A stretch of 64,000 bases of DNA from Nannocystales bacterium. GTDB lineage: Bacteria > Myxococcota_A > Polyangia > Nannocystales > Nannocystaceae. Below the pieces are notes generated by a model, which worked only from the letters and a program-made list of their open reading frames with translations, was not told where the DNA came from and made no database searches. Location of the stretch: contig JBOEGF010000043.1 in NCBI GenBank assembly GCA_050633305.1, positions 96,001 through 160,000 of the forward strand, given 5' to 3'. Shown piece after piece: positions 31,747 to 39,624 of this stretch (position 1 is the stretch's first letter; each line of letters starts with the position of its first letter). The translations under genes were made by a program, and so were the position numbers.

Positions 31747-33633
31747 ATGCTCCGCACTCGTCCTGCCCGTTGGTTGTCTGGTCTGTTCCTCCTCTCCGCG
31801 TTCGCGACCGCTGGCGAAGCGCAAGCGGGGGGAGCGTTGTTTGAGGAGGTCGACGACGCGTTGACCAACGGATGTGGGGCGGGTGAGTGCTGGACCAACC
31901 ACCTGCGGGTGAGTGACCTCGACGGCGACGGTGACCTCGACATCGTGCTGGTGAACTACGGTGGGTTCTTCTCGAACGGCACCGCACAGGAACTCGTGAT
32001 CTACGAGAACGACGCGGGCGTGTTCACCGACGTATCCAACACCGCGATCGACAGTTTCGAGGGCCGCATCCGCCAAGTCGCGATCGGCGACGTCGACGGC
32101 GACGGTGACCTCGACATCTTCGCGCCCGACGGTCAGGGCGCAGGCAGTGCGTTCTTCATGAACATGGGGGACATGGTGTTTGCGGATGAGTACGCCGAGC
32201 GGATGCCGGAAGCTCAGCCGAACGTCGGAGCCACGCGGATGGGTGACTTCGACAATGATGGAGACCTCGATATCTTCAGTGCCGACGGCTACACGTCGAA
32301 CCCAGCCGTTTTCGGGCACATCTATCTCAACGACGGTCTCGGGAACTTCGACGAGGTCGACGGAGCCATCCCGGACGTCTTCACCGGGCAGGATCCAGAC
32401 GACGTCGATCTGTTGGACGCCGACGGCGACTTCGTCATCGACATCCTGCTCAACGCCCACAACGGAGACAACAGCCTCTGGTTGGGCAACGGCGATGGAA
32501 CGTTCAGCGATGCCAGCGATCAGTTTCCGCCGCAGAACAGCCAAGGTCCGAACTACCACTACAACCCCACCGCATGCGACGTCGATGGTGACGGTGACCT
32601 CGATGCTTGGGTGGACAACATGGGGCCGAACTACACCGAGCAGTTGCTGATCAACGATGGATCAGGCGTCTACACGGATGAGACTGCTGATCGTGTGACC
32701 GGGAACCAGGTGAACGGCGACGACAACGGTGTCGTTTGTGCCGACATCGACAACGACGGCGACTTCGATGCCGTCGTCATCGCGCTTGGGAGCCGAGAGC
32801 GCTACCTACAGAACGATGGCAGCGGGAACTTCACGTTCGTGGATGGTGCGTTCGGGGGAGTGCCGGATGCGTCGCTGTGGGGCGAGTTTGGGGACTTGAA
32901 CGGCGATGGTCGTTTTGACCTCGTGACCGGGCAGGGGGAGTTCGGTGACATCGAGGACCACGTCTACTTCGCGACCAATGGCCTCGCGGCTGATGACCGC
33001 GCTCCGTCGTTCCGTGCGATCGAGACGGGTTCGTTCGAGGAAGACAGCCCGATTGTGGTGCACGCTGCGATCGCGGATCGTTCCGTCACGGACAACGGCC
33101 CTCGTTTGTCGGCGATGGCCGCGACGCTTTCCGGTGACGGCGTCGACGAGGCGACGGTCGTGACGTACATGGGAGGGGATTTGTTCCGCGCAGAGTTTCC
33201 AACGCAGCCGGTCGGGTCCTACTCCGTTCAGATCTGCGCCACGGACATGGCGGGCAACGAGGGGTGCGAGATGACCCAGGTCGCAGTCGGAGGCGGTGGC
33301 GGAGAGTCCGATACGGACACCGACGGGGCGGATGACACCGGAGACGCTTCTGAGAGCGACACGGACGGGTCGTCCGACTCCGACTCCGACTCTGATTCCG
33401 ACTCCGACTCCGCGTCCGCGAGTGACTCGGACAGCGATAGCGGCCCAGGTTCGAGCGCGAGCGACTCGGCATCGGCGAGCGATACGAACGCCGCCACCGA
33501 CACCGACACCGACACGGACTCCGCGGGTGGCAACGGGGGTGGTGGAGGCGGCTGCACGACAGGTGGTCCCGCTCCGCTGAGCCTGCTGTTGCTCGGACCC
33601 GCGTTGCTCGGGCTGCGTCGTCGTCGCGAGTAA
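31747..33633 (+). CDS. FG-GAP/VCBS repeat surface protein with Ser-Asp stalk and MYXO-CTERM-like tail
   Basis: Signal peptide (AQA), 7 DxDGDGDLD-type repeats, Ig-like segment, SD/TD repeats, C-terminal GGGC...hydrophobic...RRRRE. Confidence 0.88.
   Translation: MLRTRPARWLSGLFLLSAFATAGEAQAGGALFEEVDDALTNGCGAGECWTNHLRVSDLDGDGDLDIVLVNYGGFFSNGTAQELVIYENDAGVFTDVSNTAIDSFEGRIRQVAIGDVDGDGDLDIFAPDGQGAGSAFFMNMGDMVFADEYAERMPEAQPNVGATRMGDFDNDGDLDIFSADGYTSNPAVFGHIYLNDGLGNFDEVDGAIPDVFTGQDPDDVDLLDADGDFVIDILLNAHNGDNSLWLGNGDGTFSDASDQFPPQNSQGPNYHYNPTACDVDGDGDLDAWVDNMGPNYTEQLLINDGSGVYTDETADRVTGNQVNGDDNGVVCADIDNDGDFDAVVIALGSRERYLQNDGSGNFTFVDGAFGGVPDASLWGEFGDLNGDGRFDLVTGQGEFGDIEDHVYFATNGLAADDRAPSFRAIETGSFEEDSPIVVHAAIADRSVTDNGPRLSAMAATLSGDGVDEATVVTYMGGDLFRAEFPTQPVGSYSVQICATDMAGNEGCEMTQVAVGGGGGESDTDTDGADDTGDASESDTDGSSDSDSDSDSDSDSASASDSDSDSGPGSSASDSASASDTNAATDTDTDTDSAGGNGGGGGGCTTGGPAPLSLLLLGPALLGLRRRRE
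33373..33408 (+). repeat. Hexanucleotide tandem repeat TCCGAC x6 (one variant) encoding Ser-Asp
   Basis: tccgac tccgac tccgac tctgat tccgac tccgac. Confidence 0.9.
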
Positions 33634-33653
33634 CCCCACGCTCTGTGTGAAAC

Positions 33654-33689
33654 AGGGGCTGCCGGCACTGCCGGCGGCCCCTTCTTCTT
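33654..33689 (+). terminator. Rho-independent terminator
   Basis: AGGGGCTGCCGGC...GCCGGCGGCCCCT followed by TCTTCTT. Confidence 0.7.
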
Positions 33690-33948
33690 GGCGTCGCGGC
33701 TAGGGCTCGTCGACGCCCGGGTAACCTGGCGCGTCCTGAGGCCGAGGGTCGCCTTCGATGTCGAACAGCTCGACTTCGTGGCGATGGACGGGCTGGTATG
33801 CGCCCTTCTCACGACTGGGGAAGTCGAATGCGAAGGGTACAAAGTCGACTACGCGGTCAAGGAAGGCCGACCCCGTCCCCCGTTCGAGGGCAAGGCTCCC
33901 TGGGTCGAGGCGCCGTTGTACCGCTTGGCACCACGACCCGCGCAGTGA
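33688..33948 (+). pseudogene. Possible 3' gene fragment (RCC1-like VCALxxxGxVxC segment)
   Basis: Coding-like GC3 bias and VCALLTTGEVEC, but the start lies inside the terminator and there is no RBS. Confidence 0.35.
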
Positions 33949-33954
33949 GGTTCG

Positions 33955-33980
33955 CAAATACGACAGCGCTGTCGTATTTG
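33955..33980. repeat. Perfect 26-bp palindrome
   Basis: CAAATACGACAGC|GCTGTCGTATTTG. Confidence 0.92.
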
Positions 33981-34027
33981 AGATTCGCCAATCCTGGCGC
34001 ATTGGGGACGCTGATGCGGGGCCTCGA

Positions 34028-34618
34028 TCAGCCGTCGGCTTGCGCCGCGTCCAACACCGGTTGCAGCAGCGCCCCGAGGCGCTGCGGGTCGTCTTCATAA
34101 ACTCCGATCAGGGTCACCATGAAGGCGACCTTTCCCTTGCGGGCGATGACAACGTGTCCCATGGGGGCACCATCGGCCACGATGACCTTGGAGGTGGAGT
34201 TCTCGCCCCAGTCGAAGAGGTCGTCTTGATCCCGGAGTTCGACGTCGGCCATCGTCTCCATCAGGGGCGCAGTGAGCAGAAGGCCGCTGTACACGCCCAA
34301 GGCGTCCGAGGCTCGACGTTCGACGGAGTAGAGCGAGGAGGTCACGACGACGTCGCCGACCTCGTAGTCGACGGCGATGTCGTAGGACCCGTCGAGGTAC
34401 CGAGTCCGGATGACTTCGAGCGTGCCGCCATCCAACCCGGGCTCTTCATAGTAGGCCGAGAGGTGCTCTCCGGTGATCCCCCGTTGGGCATCGCTGGCCT
34501 CGGTGTCGACGCTCCAGCCGATCAGCATTCCCCAACCGAGAGCGGCGGCCAGGCCGAACCCGAGCACGCTTGCCACGACGATCAGCAGGGTCTTCTTCGT
34601 ACTCGCCGGGCCACTCAT
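34028..34618 (-). CDS. Hypothetical protein with N-terminal membrane anchor
   Basis: Basic N-terminus followed by a TM helix. Coding-like codon usage. Confidence 0.7.
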   Translation of the reverse strand: MSGPASTKKTLLIVVASVLGFGLAAALGWGMLIGWSVDTEASDAQRGITGEHLSAYYEEPGLDGGTLEVIRTRYLDGSYDIAVDYEVGDVVVTSSLYSVERRASDALGVYSGLLLTAPLMETMADVELRDQDDLFDWGENSTSKVIVADGAPMGHVVIARKGKVAFMVTLIGVYEDDPQRLGALLQPVLDAAQADG

Positions 34619-34700
34619 GATGGCAGCGTATCAATCCTGCCAGGGGGCTCGCAGGCCGGTATCGGGCCCCCTGCAGTGAACGGCCCGATCGGCCGGCCCC

Positions 34701-34734
34701 CAAAAAAACCGGGGACGCGTGCCGCTGGTGCCCC
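34701..34734 (-). terminator. Probable Rho-independent terminator
   Basis: On the minus strand, GGGGCAC...GTCCCC-GG followed by T7, immediately after the stop of 34734-35471. Confidence 0.55.
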
Positions 34735-35471
34735 TACTTCTTCGCCGCGGCGTCGGGTTTCTTGCCGCTCTTGCCGGCGCCACACCCACCGCACTCGGTG
34801 TGGTCGTGCTTGTTCATGTTGCCGCAGTACTGGCACTTCCAGTCCGCGACGGCCTGCTTGGCGTCCTTTTCGGCCTTGGTCTTGTCGTCTTTGTCGGCCT
34901 TGGCCTTGCTGTCCTTCTTCGACTGCACGCCGCTGACCTTGTCGAGCGCGCTCTGGGCGGTCTCGAGATCTCCGAGGACCTTCTTCACGATCGCATCGGC
35001 GTCGTTGGGATTCTTGGCACCTTTCTTGAGGGCCTCTTCGGCCCGAGACAAGGCCTTCTCGGCATCCGCGGCCGCAACCTTCGCCCCCTCGCGAATCGAG
35101 GCGTCGGAGGCCTTGGCGGTGACCTCGACCCGGGCCTCGCGGAGCTTCTTGCTGACGGTCTCGACCTTGTCGAGTTCGCGCACGAAGCCCTTCATCAGGG
35201 CGCTGTTTGCCGCGGACAGCTTCTCGATGGCGGCATCGCCCTCGAGCGAGCCCGCGGCCTCATGAATCGGTTTCGCTTCATCGATCCGGGCCTGGAGCGC
35301 GGGTTTGAATCCGGGGTACTTCGCCTGCAAAGACTCGACCTTCTTCAGATTGCTCTTCCAGGCGGCGGTTTGGTTTTCCACCGTCTGTTTGCAGCCCCCG
35401 AAGAAGGCGAACAGGGTGAGCAACAAGAACGGGAGCAGGACAGTCCGGACTGCGGTCACGGCGGCAAGCAT
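34734..35471 (-). CDS. Coiled-coil lipoprotein with C-terminal RanBP2-type zinc ribbon
   Basis: Lipobox FGGC, Lys/Ala-rich helical body, W-K-C-x2-C-x3-N-x6-C-x2-C. Confidence 0.8.
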   Translation of the reverse strand: MLAAVTAVRTVLLPFLLLTLFAFFGGCKQTVENQTAAWKSNLKKVESLQAKYPGFKPALQARIDEAKPIHEAAGSLEGDAAIEKLSAANSALMKGFVRELDKVETVSKKLREARVEVTAKASDASIREGAKVAAADAEKALSRAEEALKKGAKNPNDADAIVKKVLGDLETAQSALDKVSGVQSKKDSKAKADKDDKTKAEKDAKQAVADWKCQYCGNMNKHDHTECGGCGAGKSGKKPDAAAKK

Positions 35472-35539
35472 ACTGCGCGCGGCGGCTGCTCGTCATCCGG
35501 CCCTTTCCCCGGACGCGTAGGTGTGCGACCAACACGTAG

Positions 35540-38467
35540 ATGGTGCACGCGGTCGCGAGACGCTTCGCCTGTGAGGAACTCGTCCGCTTGCGGCGGGCGG
35601 ACGAACAGCGTCGGTACCTGGCCTCGCAGCGAAGCGCACGGATCGATCCCAACCCGCATCAGATCGAGGCGGTCATCTTCGCGCTTCAGAGGATCCCCAA
35701 GGGCGGTTGCATCCTTGCCGACGAGGTGGGGTTGGGGAAGACGATCGAGGCTGGCCTCACGCTGTCCCAGCTGCTGGCCGAGGGAGCCTCACGCATCCTG
35801 TTGCTGACACCCAAACCACTGCTTGGGCAATGGAGAGACGAACTGCTCGCGTTGTTCGGCATCACCGCTCGAGAGGGAGCCTCGGAGGAGACCGGCTTTG
35901 AGGGTCCAGGGGTGTTCATCGCTGGTCGGGAGTACGCGGGCTCCGAGGTGGGAGCCGCCGCGATCGGGGGGAGCGGTAAGTTCGACCTGTGCGTCATCGA
36001 TGAGGCGCATGAGATCTTCGCGGGGATCTATCGGCGCTACGATCGACAAGGCGGTCTTCGAGATGGGTCGCGCTACGCCCGAACCGCGGCCCGGGTGAAG
36101 CACGCGTTGCTCGGCACGCCCATGTTGCTGCTCACCGCGACACCCATCCAAAACACGCTCACCGAGATGTGGGGCCTGGTTCAATACGTCGAACCGACCG
36201 GCACCCTGCTGGGGGACCTGGGCACGTTTCGCTCGGTGTTTTGCGATGGGGATGATCGCCGGATTCGGCCCGGGCAGGATGACGAGCTGAAACGACGGCT
36301 CGCAACGGTCTGCCAGCGAACGCTACGCCGCCAAGCGCAGACGTTCATGGCCAAAGCGTTCACCCAGCGGACGGCGCGGTTGTTCGAGTACTCGATGTCT
36401 CCGGACGAGGCGCAGCTGTATGAGGACGTGACGCAGTATCTGCTCGATCCCAAGACGCTCGCGTTTCGTGGAACCCACCGCCGACTATTGCTGATCGGCT
36501 TTCATCGCCGCATGGGGAGCTCGGTGGTGGCGCTCGCCGACTCGCTTCAGGCGGTGGCCGATCGTTTGCGGCGGAAGCTCGAGGGGAGCGGCGACACGCT
36601 TCGGCTCTTCGAAGCCGATCTCGACGATGAGGATGCACCAGCGGCCCCCCGCGGTGATGACGAGGAGGTTCCCGAGCATCCGGAGCCCGAGCTCGTCGCC
36701 GAGATGAAGCGGGTTCAGGGGCTCGCGGACCTCGCCAGGAGTCTGCCGGTCGACAGTAAGGCGGAGCAGCTGAGGGTCGCGGTGGAACGCGCGCTGACTC
36801 GGTCCGACGGCAGTGGAAAGGTGGTCATCTTCACCGAAGCCCTCTCCACGCAGACGTACATCAAGCGGGTGCTGGTGGAGGGACGCATCGTCGCACCCGA
36901 TGCCGTGACGATGTTCCGAGGGCAGAACACCGGGCCCGAGGTGGCCGTCGCCCTCCAGCGGTGGGAGGGCGAGGTCGGCTCGCGAATGCCCAAGGACGCC
37001 CAGCCATCGCGTTCGGTGGCGGTCCGGCTGGCCCTGGTCCACGAGTTTGCGACGAAGACCGCGGTGTTCATTGCGACCGAAGCTGGGGCGAAAGGGCTGA
37101 ACCTGCAGTTCTGTGACACGGTGATCAACTACGACCTTCCGTGGAACCCGCAGCGCATCGAGCAGCGAATCGGTCGGTGCCATCGCTATGGCCAAACGCG
37201 CGACGTCACCGTCATCAACTTCATCAACCGCGACAACGAAGCGCAGCGGCTCACCTTCGACATCCTCTCCCGCAAGCTCGAGCTGTTTGGCACCGTTTTG
37301 GATGCCTCGGACGCGGTCCTTCATCAGGCGGTGGCGCCGACATCGACCGCGTTGGTCGGTGCGCTTGCCAGCGACTTCGAGGCCCAACTGGCGGACGTCT
37401 ACGACAAGGCTCGCTCGGCCGAAGAAATCGCCGCAGGCATGGCGGAGCTCGGAGCGCGCGTCGGAGATGCCAAGGACGACTATGAGCAGACACACGCACG
37501 AACGGCGGGGCTGATCGAGACCCGGTTCGACGCGACGGTGCGGGCGGCGTTCAAGGACATCGAAGAGGAACTCCCCGAGGCATTGGCGGCCTTGGATGCA
37601 GAGCTGGAGGGCGTCCTCGTCCGGTTCCTGGACGCGGTTGGGATCCCGTACACGACCGATCGGGATGACGCTGGTCTGACGGTTGAGGTCTCCGCGCATC
37701 CGAAGCTTCCTCCTGCACTGCGGGAGGGCGTCCGGATCCGCGTGGGCGACGGGGTGCCCGAGCAGGGGGAGCCGTTGCACGTCGGCCATGCCCTCATCCG
37801 AGCAGCGCTCGAGGAATCACGGGCAGCCACTGTCGGGCGTCAACGGGTGTCGATCCGTGCTTCGAACCTCGAGGGGGATGTGGCGGCAAAACGAGGGACG
37901 ACGGGCCGGATCAGTGTGGTGCGGATGCAGGCGCTTGGCTTCGAACCGGTGACCGAGCTGCTGCCCGTGGTTGTGCTCGACGACGGGCCGCAGCCGTTCA
38001 TGGGTGCTCGGGCGCGTGGCTGGGTGCTCGCGGCGATCGCCGAGGCAGACCCCCACGTCGGCCTTTCGCTCGACACGCTCGAGGATGCGGCTCAGGAAGC
38101 GATCTTCGTTGCGGGGGGAGATCTCGAGGCTCGGGAGCACCTGCGCTTCGAAGAGACGATGGCGCAGATTGAGCGCTCGGTCGACGACCGTGTCTTGGCA
38201 CTGCGCCGGATCCGTCACGAGGTCCAGGGTCGTCACGCCGAGGCTCTGGGTCGTCGCGACGCGGCAGTGGGGCCAGGCCCACGGACCCGGGCCGAGCAGG
38301 AGCTGGCCGCGATCGAAACGGAACTCGAGGGGCTCGACGCACAGGCCCTGCGCCTGCTCACACGCGACGACGACGAGTACCGGTCGTGGCGATCACGCGC
38401 CTACGTCCGGCGTTACACTCCGCCCTCCTACGAACGCATCCTCGATGTGGAGTTCGTGCTCGTATGA
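35540..38467 (+). CDS. SNF2/RapA-like superfamily 2 helicase/translocase
   Basis: PHQ Q-motif, LADEVGLGKT, IDEAH, LTATP, VVIFTE, EAGAKGLNLQ, NYDLPWNPQRIEQRIGRCHRYGQ. Long C-terminal coiled coil. Confidence 0.94.
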   Translation: MVHAVARRFACEELVRLRRADEQRRYLASQRSARIDPNPHQIEAVIFALQRIPKGGCILADEVGLGKTIEAGLTLSQLLAEGASRILLLTPKPLLGQWRDELLALFGITAREGASEETGFEGPGVFIAGREYAGSEVGAAAIGGSGKFDLCVIDEAHEIFAGIYRRYDRQGGLRDGSRYARTAARVKHALLGTPMLLLTATPIQNTLTEMWGLVQYVEPTGTLLGDLGTFRSVFCDGDDRRIRPGQDDELKRRLATVCQRTLRRQAQTFMAKAFTQRTARLFEYSMSPDEAQLYEDVTQYLLDPKTLAFRGTHRRLLLIGFHRRMGSSVVALADSLQAVADRLRRKLEGSGDTLRLFEADLDDEDAPAAPRGDDEEVPEHPEPELVAEMKRVQGLADLARSLPVDSKAEQLRVAVERALTRSDGSGKVVIFTEALSTQTYIKRVLVEGRIVAPDAVTMFRGQNTGPEVAVALQRWEGEVGSRMPKDAQPSRSVAVRLALVHEFATKTAVFIATEAGAKGLNLQFCDTVINYDLPWNPQRIEQRIGRCHRYGQTRDVTVINFINRDNEAQRLTFDILSRKLELFGTVLDASDAVLHQAVAPTSTALVGALASDFEAQLADVYDKARSAEEIAAGMAELGARVGDAKDDYEQTHARTAGLIETRFDATVRAAFKDIEEELPEALAALDAELEGVLVRFLDAVGIPYTTDRDDAGLTVEVSAHPKLPPALREGVRIRVGDGVPEQGEPLHVGHALIRAALEESRAATVGRQRVSIRASNLEGDVAAKRGTTGRISVVRMQALGFEPVTELLPVVVLDDGPQPFMGARARGWVLAAIAEADPHVGLSLDTLEDAAQEAIFVAGGDLEAREHLRFEETMAQIERSVDDRVLALRRIRHEVQGRHAEALGRRDAAVGPGPRTRAEQELAAIETELEGLDAQALRLLTRDDDEYRSWRSRAYVRRYTPPSYERILDVEFVLV

Positions 38468-39624
38468 GCCAAGGTGATCCCGACGTGGCGCTCAAGCTCC
38501 TGCATACCGCCGACTGGCACCTGGGAATGCGCTTCCCCAGCTTCTCTGAGGAGCATCAACGAACTCTGATGCGGGCGCGGATGGACGTGCTCGATAGCGT
38601 GTTTGGGGCGGCCGAATCCGCGGGAGTCGACGCTGTCTTGTGCGCGGGCGACCTGTTCGATGATCCGCTTCCCGCGGACCCATGGTGGCAGGGCTTGCTC
38701 GAGCGACTCCACGCTCGGGACTGGTCCGGGCGCCCGGTGTTCTTGTTGCCCGGCAACCACGACCCGCTGACAAACAAGAGCGTGTGGTCCGAAGACCATC
38801 CGTTCCGGCGCGGTCTGCCCGATGGGGTCCACGTCGTCGACCGGGATGACTTCGAGGCTCCACTGTCCGACTGTGGGGTGCTGCTCGCGGCACCGTGTCG
38901 CACCCGGGCCGGCCAGAGCGGCCTGTGGAAGAACCTGCCGCGCCGCGCAGCGGATGACGAGCGCATCCGCGTGGGCATGATTCACGGGCAGACCACCGAT
39001 ATCGAGGGGTTCCAAAACACCTTCCCGATTCCGGCCGAGGCCGCTGAAGATCGCGGTCTCGACTACCTCGCGATTGGCGACACGCACGCGTTTCGCGAGG
39101 TGCCTCCGGGGGCTGCGGTGCCGACGGTCTACCCGAGCGCACCCGAGCCCACGAAGTTCGGGGAGCAGGATGCCGGCTATGTGGCGCTGGTGTTTTTCCC
39201 GCGGGATGGGAGGCGGGCGCTGCTTCGTAAGGAGCGAGTCGGACGTTGGCGTTGGGTCGAGCGGACGGTCAAGTCCGTGGCCGATCTTCGGGCCCTCGCA
39301 GCCGAGGGCGACCTGGCCACCAAGGTGATGCGGCTTCACGTGCAACTCGATGCGACACCGCCGGAGTACGAAGCCGTCGAGGCTTTGCTGCGGACGCTGG
39401 GGGGCACCGATGCGACACATGGCCGGGTTGGGGTGCTTCAGGTCGATCGCTCGCGGCTGCGGCTGCGGACCGACGACCTCGAGGCGGCCTTCGATGGACT
39501 GCCAGATGAACTCGGGCAGGTCGTCTCGCGGCTTCAGGCTCGGGCGGAGTCCGGCGGAGAGGACGCGGAAGCAGCGAAGCGGGCACTGTACCACCTGTAT
39601 CGCTCGGTCCGGGGGAACGACTGA
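38464..39624 (+). CDS. Mre11/SbcD (YhaO-like) metallophosphoesterase nuclease
   Basis: HTADWHLG, AGDLFD, PGNHD, IHG, GDTH, YPSAPEP. ATGA overlap with the helicase stop. Confidence 0.92.
   Translation: MSQGDPDVALKLLHTADWHLGMRFPSFSEEHQRTLMRARMDVLDSVFGAAESAGVDAVLCAGDLFDDPLPADPWWQGLLERLHARDWSGRPVFLLPGNHDPLTNKSVWSEDHPFRRGLPDGVHVVDRDDFEAPLSDCGVLLAAPCRTRAGQSGLWKNLPRRAADDERIRVGMIHGQTTDIEGFQNTFPIPAEAAEDRGLDYLAIGDTHAFREVPPGAAVPTVYPSAPEPTKFGEQDAGYVALVFFPRDGRRALLRKERVGRWRWVERTVKSVADLRALAAEGDLATKVMRLHVQLDATPPEYEAVEALLRTLGGTDATHGRVGVLQVDRSRLRLRTDDLEAAFDGLPDELGQVVSRLQARAESGGEDAEAAKRALYHLYRSVRGND

Noticed and set aside
33300..33520. Repeats as a possible CRISPR array
   Set aside because: These are in-frame hexamer coding repeats with no spacer structure and no cas genes.
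35540..38467. Assignment of the helicase as RapA or as part of a complete DISARM/BREX/Zorya system
   Set aside because: It lacks the RapA N-terminal Tudor-like region, and no methylase, DrmA/B, Pgl or ZorAB genes are adjacent.
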